NCBI GenBank assembly: GCA_050998755.1
Contig: JBPCPW010000095.1
Location: forward strand, 8,546-72,545
Length of the DNA stretch: 64,000 bases
DNA from: Candidatus Dormibacteria bacterium
Lineage (GTDB): Bacteria > Chloroflexota > Dormibacteria > DASZGP01
Direction of reading: 5' to 3'
The position numbers and the translations under genes are program-made. Under the pieces are notes generated by a model. The model saw only the letters and a list, made by a program, of their open reading frames with translations. It had not been told where the DNA came from and did no database searches. Positions 1 through 9,040 of this stretch are shown in pieces (the stretch's first letter is position 1; each line of letters starts with the position of its first letter).

Positions 1-1251
1 AGCGGCGCGGTGGGCAAGTCCGCGCAATTCCCGCTGCACGTCTGGCTACCCGACGCGATGGAGGGCCCGACTCCGATCTCAGCCCTGATCCACGCCGCCA
101 CCATGGTCGTCGCCGGTGTGTACCTGGTTGCCCGCACCTACCAGCTCTTCGCCGCCAACCCAACCTCCCTGGTGGTCGTCGCCAGCCTTGGCGCGCTGAC
201 CAGCGTGATGGCGGCGATCTGGGCCGTGGCCCAGGACGACATCAAACGCATCATCGCCTACTCCACCCTCAGTCACCTCGGCCTGATGATGTTCGGCCTG
301 GGGGTTGGGGCCTACAGCGCGGCGATATTCCATCTCTTCACCCACGCCTGGTTCAAGGCGCTCCTCTTCCTCGGCGCCGGCTCGGTGATCCATGCCGTGC
401 ACACCCAGAACATCTGGGAAATGGGCGGAGTTGGCAAACGAATGAAGATCACCGCTTGGACCGTTGGCATCGCGTCCTTCTCGGCGGCCGGGATCATCCC
501 ATTCTCCGGATTTTGGTCGAAGGACGGGATCATGGCATCGGTCTTCGCCACGGCCAACCCGGTCTATATCATCGCGGCGATCCTGATCACCTTCTTCTCC
601 GCGCTCTACACGTTTCGGTTGTTCTTCGTGGTCTTCGCCGGCGAGCCCGCGCGGCGTCGCGCGTTCGACCCCAAGAAGATCCACGAGTCGGGGTGGTACA
701 TCACCGTGCCGCTGATCCTGCTCGCCATCATGGCGGCCTTCATCGGGTTCACCGGTATCCCCGGGAGCAAGGCCGGTTTCGGCCAGTTCATCTTCTACGG
801 GCGTCACCCCGAGGTTGAGGCGATCAACTACATCGCCATCGGCGTCTCGCTGGTGGTGGCGCTGATCGGCGTCGCTGTCGCCGCGCTCTTCTACCACCCG
901 CGCTACCAGCGCTTCAGCGCCCCCGCATTCAACAAGCGCTATGCCGCCGTCTACGACTGGGCCCACAACAAGGGCTATTTCGACGAGATCTACCACGCGA
1001 TGTTTATCAACGGGCTCGTCCTGGGCACCGGCCGGGCGCTGCAATGGTTTGACAAGAACATCATCGATTACTTTGTGGACGGCCTCGCCGAGGGGTACTC
1101 CGCAGCCGCGGGCCGGCTGCGAAGACTGCAGAGCGGCCGCGTCCAGGGATACGCCGTGGGGCTCTTTGGCGCCGTCCTGGTGGTCGCGGTCCTGGCCCTG
1201 ATCTTTGGGTCCAGCGGACCCCTGTCCGTGGTCGTGGGGGCGGGCCGGTGA
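1..1251 (+). CDS. nuoL: NADH-quinone oxidoreductase subunit L, C-terminal part (5' end outside window)
   Basis: ORF 10..1251 translation has the WLPDAMEGPTPISALIHAATMV antiporter-like motif typical of NuoL/ND5. Followed by nuoM and nuoN. Confidence 0.85.
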   Translation, partial: SGAVGKSAQFPLHVWLPDAMEGPTPISALIHAATMVVAGVYLVARTYQLFAANPTSLVVVASLGALTSVMAAIWAVAQDDIKRIIAYSTLSHLGLMMFGLGVGAYSAAIFHLFTHAWFKALLFLGAGSVIHAVHTQNIWEMGGVGKRMKITAWTVGIASFSAAGIIPFSGFWSKDGIMASVFATANPVYIIAAILITFFSALYTFRLFFVVFAGEPARRRAFDPKKIHESGWYITVPLILLAIMAAFIGFTGIPGSKAGFGQFIFYGRHPEVEAINYIAIGVSLVVALIGVAVAALFYHPRYQRFSAPAFNKRYAAVYDWAHNKGYFDEIYHAMFINGLVLGTGRALQWFDKNIIDYFVDGLAEGYSAAAGRLRRLQSGRVQGYAVGLFGAVLVVAVLALIFGSSGPLSVVVGAGR

Positions 1252-2831
1252 CCCTCCTCATGGTCGCGCACCTCGCCCACCTGGCTGCGGCCATCAACCC
1301 GTTGACCCCCACCCCGGCGGTGCCCGGTGCCAACACCAGTGCGTTTTTCCCCATGCTCTCGTTTATCGTCGGGCTCCCGCTGATTGGTGGGTTGGTCATT
1401 CTCGCGCTGCCTGGGCGGACAGAAGCCGACTGGGGCCGCATCAAGAACACCGCGATCTTCTTCACGTTCGTCCCCTTCTTCATGGCGCTGATCGCCCTGG
1501 TGGTGACCTGGACGCAGATGGGGATCGCCTTCAGCGGCGGCTTCGAGTACGAGGAGAAGCTGTCCTGGCTAAGTGTGTTCGGCGCCCAGTACCACGTGGG
1601 GGTCGACGGCATCAGCCTGCCCCTGGTCTTCCTCTCGACGCTGCTGTTCTTCGTGGCAACGCTGGCATCGCTCAATCAGAAGACCCGCGTCAAGGAGTAC
1701 TTCTTCCTGTTGCTGATGCTGGACATCGGGGTCACCGGTGTGTTCATCGCGATGGACCTGCTGCTGTTCTTCATCTTCTGGGAGATCGAGCTCATCCCGA
1801 TGTTCCTCCTGATCCTGATCTGGGGCGGCAAGCGGCGCGTCTACGCGGCGTGGAAATTCCTGCTGTACACCATCGCGGCGTCTGCTGTGCTGCTGCTGGC
1901 CATCCTCGTCCTGTACTTCAAGAGCGGCCTGCACACCTTCGACATGACCCTGCTGAGCCAGTCGCACCTCGCCCCGGCGCTGGGAGGGACGCTCTTCTGG
2001 CTGTTCTTCATCTGTTTCGCGATCAAGCTGCCCGTCTGGCCGCTGCACACCTGGCTCCCGGACGCCCATGTCGAAGCCCCCACGCCGATGTCGGTGCTGC
2101 TGGCCGGGATCCTGCTGAAGATGGGCGGCTACGGAATGATCCGTATATGCGTCGGCTTCTTCCCAGGCGCGGCCAAGTACTACAGCCTGGCGTTATTGAC
2201 GCTGGGTGTGATCGGCATCCTCTGGGGCGGTTTTGCGGCGCTGGCGCAGGACGACATGAAGCGGATGGTGGCCTACAGCTCGGTGTCGCACATGGGATTC
2301 GTGCTGCTGGCGATATCCGCGCTGACACCGCTGGCCCTCAACGGAGCGGTCTTTCAGCTCTTTGCCCATGGGGTGGTCACGGGGTCCCTCTTCCTTCTGG
2401 TGGGCCTGGTCTACGATCGCACCCACACCCGCTCGATTCGGGAGCTCGGCGGGCTGGCCCAACGAATGCCGTATTTGACCGTGGCGTGGGTGATCGGCGC
2501 CCTGGCCTCCATCGGGCTACCCGGTTTTGTCGGGTTCATCGCCGAGTTCGAGATTTTCGTCGGCAGCTTTGGCGCCCACAAGGTGGGGACGTTCCTCGCG
2601 GTCTTCGGGGTGGTGCTGTCCGCCGGGTACCTGCTCTGGATGCTCGAGCGGGTCTTCTTCGGCCCCCTCAAGGAGGCCTGGGTCAAGCTCAAGGACCCCG
2701 GCCCGGTCGAACTCTTCTACATGTACGGGATGCTGGCGGTGGTCTTCCTGGTCGGGGTCCTGCCGAAGGTCATGACCCAGCTGATCGATTACGGTGTCAC
2801 GCCGCTCACCCAGCGGCTCGGCGGGAACTGA
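1248..2831 (+). CDS. nuoM: NADH-quinone oxidoreductase subunit M
   Basis: 527 aa multi-TM protein with the WLPDAHVEAPTPMSVLLAGILLKMGGYG motif (NuoM/ND4). ATGA overlap with nuoL stop. Confidence 0.9.
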   Translation: MTLLMVAHLAHLAAAINPLTPTPAVPGANTSAFFPMLSFIVGLPLIGGLVILALPGRTEADWGRIKNTAIFFTFVPFFMALIALVVTWTQMGIAFSGGFEYEEKLSWLSVFGAQYHVGVDGISLPLVFLSTLLFFVATLASLNQKTRVKEYFFLLLMLDIGVTGVFIAMDLLLFFIFWEIELIPMFLLILIWGGKRRVYAAWKFLLYTIAASAVLLLAILVLYFKSGLHTFDMTLLSQSHLAPALGGTLFWLFFICFAIKLPVWPLHTWLPDAHVEAPTPMSVLLAGILLKMGGYGMIRICVGFFPGAAKYYSLALLTLGVIGILWGGFAALAQDDMKRMVAYSSVSHMGFVLLAISALTPLALNGAVFQLFAHGVVTGSLFLLVGLVYDRTHTRSIRELGGLAQRMPYLTVAWVIGALASIGLPGFVGFIAEFEIFVGSFGAHKVGTFLAVFGVVLSAGYLLWMLERVFFGPLKEAWVKLKDPGPVELFYMYGMLAVVFLVGVLPKVMTQLIDYGVTPLTQRLGGN

Positions 2832-2835
2832 GCCT

Positions 2836-4326
2836 GTGAGCCAGAAGACGCTGAGCCTCTTCCTCCCGGAGATCATCCTGGTGATCACCGCGCTGGTGGT
2901 GGTGGTCGTGGGGCTGTTCGTTGAGAGCGACCGCCACCCGGATGAAAGCGATGGTGAGCGCCCCCGCGGTGTGGCCACCGGCATCGCCCTGGTGGGCTGC
3001 CTGGCGTCCCTGGTCAGCGTGTTCGCACTGATCGGCGTTAGCAGCACAACCCAGAACCCGCTGTCGGGGACTTTCGTGCTTGACCACTTCGCGCTCTTCT
3101 TCAAGGTCATCCTGCTGGTTTTCGCGATCGTGACCCTGCTCATGGGGTTCCGCTTCTCGCAGCATTTCCGGCCCCACCAGTCGGAGTTCGTGGCGCTGAT
3201 TCTCCTGGCAACCATCGGCGGGATGTTTATGGTTTCGGCCCGCGAGATGATCCAGCTCTACGTCTCCCTGGAAACCCTCTCGATCGCCCTCTATGTGATG
3301 GTGGCTTTCAACAAGGGATCTCGGCTCAGCTCTGAGGCCGGCTTCAAATACCTGGTGGTGGGGGCGGCAAGCTCGGCGATACTGCTCTACGGTCTGGCCA
3401 TCCTCTACGGCCTGACCGGGCGAACGGAGCTCGACGCGGTAGCGCGGGCGATCGTCACTGGCCGTCTCAGCTCGCCGGCACTGGTGCTGGCGACCATTTT
3501 TGTGATCGGCGGAATCAGCTTCAAGATCGCCGCGGTGCCGTTCCACCAGTGGGTGCCCGACGTCTACCAGGGCGCCCCCACCCCGGTCACCGCCTTCATC
3601 TCGGTTTCGTCCAAGGCCGCCGGCTACGGGCTGTTGATCCGCGTTCTCAACTCGGCCCTGCTGCCCATGACTCACCAGTGGGCGATCTACCTCGCGGTGA
3701 TCGCGGTGATCACGATGACCGTGGGCAACGTCACCGCGCTCAGTCAGACCAGCGTGAAGCGCCTGCTCGGTTACAGCTCAATCGCCCACGCGGGCTACAT
3801 CATCATGGGCCTTGTCGCGATGTCCAACCCGCGGACGGCCACCCTGGCCATAGGTGCCGTTCTCTTCTACATCCTGGTCTACGGCCTGAGCAACCTGGCG
3901 GCATTCGGCGCCGTCCAGGTGGCACAGGAGGGGATCGGTAGCGACGACATCAACGCCCTCGGGGGCCTCGGCAGGAACGGCGGGGGAGTGCCCTTCGTGC
4001 TGGCGCTGTCGATGCTCTCCCTCACCGGGATCCCGCCGCTGATCGGCTTCTTCGCCAAGTTCTTCGTCTTTTTGGCCGCGGTCCAGGCGGGGTATGCCTG
4101 GCTGGCACTGGTCGCGGTGGCCAACAGCGCCCTTTCCTCGGTGTACTACCTGCGCGTTGTGCGCGCCCTGTACTCCGACGAGGGCGCCGACCGCCGGCGC
4201 CTCGAGGTCGGGCCCGCGATGTGGACCGCACTGGGCATCGGCGTGCTGGCGATCCTGCCCCTGGTCCTGTTCATCAACGTCTTCGTCCAGCGTGCCCAGG
4301 AGGCTGCGGCGGCAGTCCTGCGCTGA
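2836..4326 (+). CDS. nuoN: NADH-quinone oxidoreductase subunit N
   Basis: Motif FHQWVPDVYQGAPTPVTAFISVSSKAAGYG (NuoN/ND2). ORF track starts at 2794 inside nuoM. The GTG at 2836, just after the nuoM stop (2829-2831), is the more plausible start. Confidence 0.85.
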   Translation: MSQKTLSLFLPEIILVITALVVVVVGLFVESDRHPDESDGERPRGVATGIALVGCLASLVSVFALIGVSSTTQNPLSGTFVLDHFALFFKVILLVFAIVTLLMGFRFSQHFRPHQSEFVALILLATIGGMFMVSAREMIQLYVSLETLSIALYVMVAFNKGSRLSSEAGFKYLVVGAASSAILLYGLAILYGLTGRTELDAVARAIVTGRLSSPALVLATIFVIGGISFKIAAVPFHQWVPDVYQGAPTPVTAFISVSSKAAGYGLLIRVLNSALLPMTHQWAIYLAVIAVITMTVGNVTALSQTSVKRLLGYSSIAHAGYIIMGLVAMSNPRTATLAIGAVLFYILVYGLSNLAAFGAVQVAQEGIGSDDINALGGLGRNGGGVPFVLALSMLSLTGIPPLIGFFAKFFVFLAAVQAGYAWLALVAVANSALSSVYYLRVVRALYSDEGADRRRLEVGPAMWTALGIGVLAILPLVLFINVFVQRAQEAAAAVLR

Positions 4327-4378
4327 TCCTGGCGCGCCGCGGCGCCTGCCTTAATCGCGCTCGACTTTAATTCATCGC

Positions 4379-6643
4379 ATGTCGGCCAGGCATGGCATCG
4401 CGGGTGGCCAGACGGTCGGTCCCCGTCCGCGCCGGCGGACCACCTCCAGCGCGCCGCCGCCGGCGCCGCGGGAGGCGCGCCGTCGCGGCCGTAGGCGAGG
4501 GCGCTGGCTCGTCCTGTCGGCCTTCCTCTTGGCTCTCGGTGGCGGAGTGCTCGCGGCCGGCGCGGTGTGGGCTGCCTACTCCGCCGACCTGCCGTCGGTG
4601 GACGGGTTCGGCACAGCGTCCCTGTCCCAGATCACGCGGATCTACGCCAGCGATGGAACCACCCTGCTGGAGGAGCGCTACGGTCAGAACCGCACCGTGG
4701 TCCCCCTGGACCATGTCTCTCTGTCCCTGCAGCATGCCACGGTGGCAATTGAGGACCGCGAGTTCTACAAGCACAGTGGCTTCGACGCGCCGCGGATCGC
4801 GTCAGCCGCCTATTACGACCTGACCCACCGCGCCGCGGCGCGTGGGGCCAGCACCATCACCCAACAGGTGGTGAAGAACTCGCTGCTGGCCCCCGGCCTG
4901 GCCCAGACACGCTCGGCCGACCGCAAGATCAAAGAGTTCATTCTGGCCATCCAGCTCGAGAACCGCTACAGCAAACCGCGGATCCTCGAGATGTACCTCA
5001 ACTCCATCTACTACGGCAACGGGGCGTACGGCATAGAGGCGGCGAGCCAGACCTACTTCGGGCTGCATGCCCGCGACCTGCAGCTGCCCGAAGCGGCATT
5101 GCTGGCAGGAATCCCGCAGAACCCCACACTGCACGATCCGCTCACGGTCCCCGGCTTCGCGTCAGCCGTGGGCCGCCAGCACGACATCCTCAAGGCGATG
5201 GTCACGGCGGGGTACATCACCCAGTCGGTGGCCGATGACGCGGCGCTCAAGGACCTGAGGCCCGGACTCGACGCCGCCAGCAAACAGGTCGCGGCTCCCA
5301 CCCCCAGCCTGGCCCCCCACTTTGCCGACTACATCCTCAACCAGCTTCGGGCCAAGTACGGGTCGGGCGTCGTCGACCGCGGCGGGTTGACAGTGATCAC
5401 CACCCTCTCCCCGAAGATGCAGCTGCAGGCGCAGAGCGCCGTGAGCAAAGAGGTGGCCGCGGTGGCCCGCATCACCCGCACTGGCCGCGATCCTGACGGG
5501 CAGCCGGCATACGCACCCAACACCGGCTCGATGCTGGTGCTCTCGCCCCAAACCGGCGCCGTCCTGGCGATGGTGGGAAGCGCTGACTACAACAACAAGG
5601 CGATAAACGGCGCGGTGAACATGACCGTCGACGATCCCCATCAGGTGGGCTCCAGCTTCAAACCGTACACCTACGCCACGGCCCTGGCCAACGGGCTGAG
5701 CGCCTCGTCTACCCTGGACGATGGCAACTCCAACTTCCTCACCGACAAGACCTACCACCCCAGCGACTTCGATGGGCGGCAGCTGGGTCGCATCAGCCTG
5801 GCCACCTCGCTGCAGCAATCACGCAACCTGTCGTCGATCCACCTCTTTGAGCAGATGGGTGCGCAGCGGGTGTTCGGGACCGCCGAGGCCCTCGGCCTGC
5901 CGCCGGAATTTCTCAAGAACCCGGGGCCGAGCGCGACCCTGGGCACCAACGAGGTCCGGATGATCGACCATGTGGCGGCGTACGGGGGGTTCGCCAGCGG
6001 CGGAAAGCGCGTCCACCCCTGGGCCATCTCCCGGGTCACCGACAGCGCCGGGCGGGTGCTCGAGGACAACCGCGCGCCCCACATGGAGCAGGCGATCCCC
6101 AATGAGGTCGCTGCCCAGTTGACGGAAATCCTGAAGGGGTCCGAGAAGCCTGCCGGGTGGAACATCGCCTTCCCTGTGGCGATGAAGTCGGGAACCACCG
6201 AGCACTTCAACGACTCGTGGTATGTCGGATACACCTCTGACCTGGTGATGGGCGTGTGGATGGGCCACACCGATGCACGCGGAGGCCGCTTTCACCAGAA
6301 CCAGATCTACGGCGAGAACGGCGCCGGCCTGATCCTGCGCGACTTCGTCCGCGACTGGTACCAGGGGCACGGACCCGCCGAGATGGGGCGCAGCCGGACC
6401 GCCTGCTCGACATCGCCGGCACCGTCCCCGGCTCCGCGGCCGGTGACCCCGGCCAAGTCGTCCGCGCCGACAGTGCCCTTCCAGTACGTTGATCCCGGCG
6501 CGCAGCCGGCGGTCGCCGCGGCGCCGTCGCGCCCGTGTCCCACGCCGCTGCCGGTGCCCCGCCGTGCCCCTTCGCCGGCGCCCGGCGCCGGTCCCAGTCC
6601 CGGGGCCACGCATGGAGCGCCTGCCTCGCCCAAACCCGGATGA
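4379..6643 (+). CDS. class A penicillin-binding protein (transglycosylase plus transpeptidase), Pro/Ala-rich C-terminal tail
   Basis: Basic N-terminus followed by a TM helix. GT51 motifs (EDREFYKHSGFD, GASTITQQVVKN). Transpeptidase SxxK (SSFKPY). Low-complexity P/A tail. Confidence 0.85.
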   Translation: MSARHGIAGGQTVGPRPRRRTTSSAPPPAPREARRRGRRRGRWLVLSAFLLALGGGVLAAGAVWAAYSADLPSVDGFGTASLSQITRIYASDGTTLLEERYGQNRTVVPLDHVSLSLQHATVAIEDREFYKHSGFDAPRIASAAYYDLTHRAAARGASTITQQVVKNSLLAPGLAQTRSADRKIKEFILAIQLENRYSKPRILEMYLNSIYYGNGAYGIEAASQTYFGLHARDLQLPEAALLAGIPQNPTLHDPLTVPGFASAVGRQHDILKAMVTAGYITQSVADDAALKDLRPGLDAASKQVAAPTPSLAPHFADYILNQLRAKYGSGVVDRGGLTVITTLSPKMQLQAQSAVSKEVAAVARITRTGRDPDGQPAYAPNTGSMLVLSPQTGAVLAMVGSADYNNKAINGAVNMTVDDPHQVGSSFKPYTYATALANGLSASSTLDDGNSNFLTDKTYHPSDFDGRQLGRISLATSLQQSRNLSSIHLFEQMGAQRVFGTAEALGLPPEFLKNPGPSATLGTNEVRMIDHVAAYGGFASGGKRVHPWAISRVTDSAGRVLEDNRAPHMEQAIPNEVAAQLTEILKGSEKPAGWNIAFPVAMKSGTTEHFNDSWYVGYTSDLVMGVWMGHTDARGGRFHQNQIYGENGAGLILRDFVRDWYQGHGPAEMGRSRTACSTSPAPSPAPRPVTPAKSSAPTVPFQYVDPGAQPAVAAAPSRPCPTPLPVPRRAPSPAPGAGPSPGATHGAPASPKPG

Positions 6644-6666
6644 CGGCGCGCGGCGGTGCGCTCCCC

Positions 6667-7557
6667 ATGATTCCGGCGAACCCTCCCGAGGGCGCCATGG
6701 CGCCCAACCCTTTCCTTGATCAGCGGCTGGGGGCGCTGCGGGAAGAGGGCTTCACCGGCGCTGCCCTGCGGCGATTCGCGTCGGCGTTCTGGCAGCGATC
6801 GCGCGCCACGGCCGCCGCCCGGCCCGACCTGGTCAACGAGCTGCGCGTGGTCCGACGGGTGGGCACGGTCCTGGCCCTCGGAGTTGGGATCGCCCTGCGC
6901 TTCGACGGCGTGCCGGTGCTTGCCGGGGTCCTGCTCCCTGCCGCCACCTGGCTGGTGCTCTGCGGTTGGGTCTGGGTGGAGCTGGGTTTGGTCCGCCACC
7001 CCATCAGTGGTGCTCCTGGTCCCCGTATCGGCCCGGCCAATGTTATGACCCTGTACCGCGGGTGGGCAGCGGTGCCCGTGATGCTGATCGCCACTTCGCG
7101 AGGCGGCCCCAGCATCGGCTGGGTCCTCCTCTGCCTGACAGCCGGGTTGACCGACCTTCTGGACGGCACGGTCGCCATCCGCCTCGGCCATGAGTCCCGT
7201 CTCGGGCGCCTGACAGACCCGGTGCTGGACGCCTGCTTCTTCTCCGCTGCCGCGTTCTCCCTGGCTCGGTGGCACCTGTTCCCCGGCTGGCTGGCGCTGC
7301 TGGTCAGCCTCCGGTACTTTGCGCCGGTGGTGGGCGGGCTGGGGTTGCTGTTTGTGATGGGGCGCAGCCTGCCTGTGCGCCACACTCCGTGGGGGCAGCG
7401 CTCTACTATGGCCACGGCGGCCGCGCTGTCTGTGACCTGGTTGTCGTCGGTCATCCACGTGCCGGCTGTGGTGCTGTGGACGCTCTACGCAGCGGCCGTG
7501 GTCTGCATGGCCCTGGCCCTGGGCGGAATCCTTCGTCGCGCGCCGCGGGGCGCCTGA
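6667..7557 (+). CDS. CDP-alcohol phosphatidyltransferase family protein
   Basis: Motif DLLDGTVAIRLGHESRLGRLTDPVLD fits D-x2-D-G-x2-A-R...G-x3-D-x3-D. Multi-TM. ORF track start 6535 overlaps the PBP, so the in-frame ATG at 6667 is preferred. Confidence 0.7.
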   Translation: MIPANPPEGAMAPNPFLDQRLGALREEGFTGAALRRFASAFWQRSRATAAARPDLVNELRVVRRVGTVLALGVGIALRFDGVPVLAGVLLPAATWLVLCGWVWVELGLVRHPISGAPGPRIGPANVMTLYRGWAAVPVMLIATSRGGPSIGWVLLCLTAGLTDLLDGTVAIRLGHESRLGRLTDPVLDACFFSAAAFSLARWHLFPGWLALLVSLRYFAPVVGGLGLLFVMGRSLPVRHTPWGQRSTMATAAALSVTWLSSVIHVPAVVLWTLYAAAVVCMALALGGILRRAPRGA

Positions 7558-7558
7558 G

Positions 7559-8200
7559 GTGCGCATCGACCTGGCCTGGCTGCCGCTATTGGCCTTCGCC
7601 TACCTCGTCGGCAGCATTCCCACAGGGCTCTGGCTCGGCAAACTGGTGGCCGGGGTGGATGTGCGCCAGGAGGGCTCGCACAAGACGGGCGCCACCAACG
7701 TTCAGCGGGTGGTCGGGGTAAAAGCCGGGGTCGCCGTCGCCTCCCTCGACGTGCTGAAGGGGGTGGTCGCGGTGCTTGCGGTCAACGCCGTTACCCATGA
7801 TGCCTACATCTCGGCCGTCGCCGGGGTGGTCGCGGTGGCGGGGCACATCTGGCCGATACTCGCCGGCTTTGATGGCGGCCGCGGGGTGTCGACCACGGCC
7901 GGGGCGGTCCTGGCGCTCGCGCCCATCCCATTCTTCGGTGCGTTCCTGGTGATGGCCACGGTGATCCTGCTCACGCGCTACGTTTCACTGGGTTCCCTCG
8001 CCGCGGCCTATGCCCTGGGGCCGCTGGGCGCGATCTTTTTGGGTCGGGGACCGGAATCCGACGCCCTGCTGATTGTCGCCCTGGGAGCGGGCGGCCTGGT
8101 GGCGCTCAAGCACGCCGACAACGTTCATCGCCTGATGCGCGGCTCGGAGCGCCGCCTCGGGGCCAGTAAAGGGCGGCAATCGAGGTCAGCCGATCAGTAA
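7559..8200 (+). CDS. plsY: glycerol-3-phosphate acyltransferase PlsY (acyl-phosphate dependent)
   Basis: Conserved GSIPTG...SHKTGATNV...GGRGVST blocks of the PlsY/YgiH family. Confidence 0.85.
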   Translation: MRIDLAWLPLLAFAYLVGSIPTGLWLGKLVAGVDVRQEGSHKTGATNVQRVVGVKAGVAVASLDVLKGVVAVLAVNAVTHDAYISAVAGVVAVAGHIWPILAGFDGGRGVSTTAGAVLALAPIPFFGAFLVMATVILLTRYVSLGSLAAAYALGPLGAIFLGRGPESDALLIVALGAGGLVALKHADNVHRLMRGSERRLGASKGRQSRSADQ

Positions 8201-8204
8201 ATAG

Positions 8205-9038
8205 TTGTCAAGTCCCGCTGCGACCGCCTCTTCCGCCCATACCATAGGCATCGTGCCCACCAGAGCTCCGCGCTTCCGCGTCCGGCGGCGCCGCCCGACC
8301 GCCGGCGCCGGCCTGAAGCTCAGGCTTGCGGGCGTCGTGGCGCCGCTCCTCCTCCTTCTCCTGGCGCCCACCGCGCTGGCTCGCCCCGCCGGCGCGGCTC
8401 CCCTGAGTGGACTGCTGCCATCGCCGGTGGCCGGATTGCTCTCGCCGGTGGTGGGACTGCTGCCCAGCCCGGTGACCGGATTGCTCTCGCCGGTGGTCGG
8501 TCCCGTGGCCGGCCTGGTCCCGGCGGTCCTGCCGAGCGTCTGTGTCGGAGGGGTCGTCCTCTGCGGGGGAACGGTGGTGACTCAGCCCACGCCGTGTGTC
8601 GCCTCTGTCGTCCTCTGCGGTGCTCTGCCGCTGCCCTCCAACCCGGTGATCGGCCCGGCGCAGACCCCGACAACTCCCCGTACCCCCGCCGGCGCCAACC
8701 CGGCTGGAGGCGGAGCGCCCGCGGCAAGAGCATCGCGTGCGCCGCGTGGCGGGTCGGTCGGCAGTGGTGGCGGCCCCGCGGCGGTGGCCGTCAACCTCCC
8801 GCTGCCCGCTCCCCCCGGCGTCGGCCTGGTACCGGTGCCGCGGATCGCAGCCGGTGAGGGCCTGGCACCGGATTCGTTTGCCACTGTGCTCTCCCTCTCG
8901 ATGCGCGATGGTCTGGGCTCGGGCCGCAACCAGGTGTGGCCCTGGCTGCTGGCGGCGCAGCTCGCGCTCTGGACGCTCATCGCCGGCGTGGTCCGGTTCA
9001 GGCACCGCAACAGGTCGGCCCCGGCGCCCCGCCCCTGA
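8205..9038 (+). CDS. hypothetical secreted/anchored Pro-Val-Gly-rich repeat protein
   Basis: Signal-peptide-like LLLLLAPTALARPAGA. Tandem GLLPSPVAGLLSPVVG repeats encoded by a 45-bp tandem duplication (8410-8499). Cys-containing segment. C-terminal hydrophobic helix plus basic tail (RFRHRNR). No homology recognised. Confidence 0.4.
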   Translation: MSSPAATASSAHTIGIVPTRAPRFRVRRRRPTAGAGLKLRLAGVVAPLLLLLLAPTALARPAGAAPLSGLLPSPVAGLLSPVVGLLPSPVTGLLSPVVGPVAGLVPAVLPSVCVGGVVLCGGTVVTQPTPCVASVVLCGALPLPSNPVIGPAQTPTTPRTPAGANPAGGGAPAARASRAPRGGSVGSGGGPAAVAVNLPLPAPPGVGLVPVPRIAAGEGLAPDSFATVLSLSMRDGLGSGRNQVWPWLLAAQLALWTLIAGVVRFRHRNRSAPAPRP

Positions 9039-9040
9039 CC

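Noticed and set aside
8410-8499. 45-bp tandem repeat, considered as a possible CRISPR or satellite
   Set aside because: There are only two units. It is in-frame within a coding sequence and has no spacer/repeat architecture. No CRISPR arrays are seen in the window.
8208-9005. 265-aa minus-strand ORF opposite the P/V/G-rich protein
   Set aside because: The Arg-rich, low-complexity translation looks like an antisense artefact. The plus-strand frame has a signal peptide and coherent repeats.
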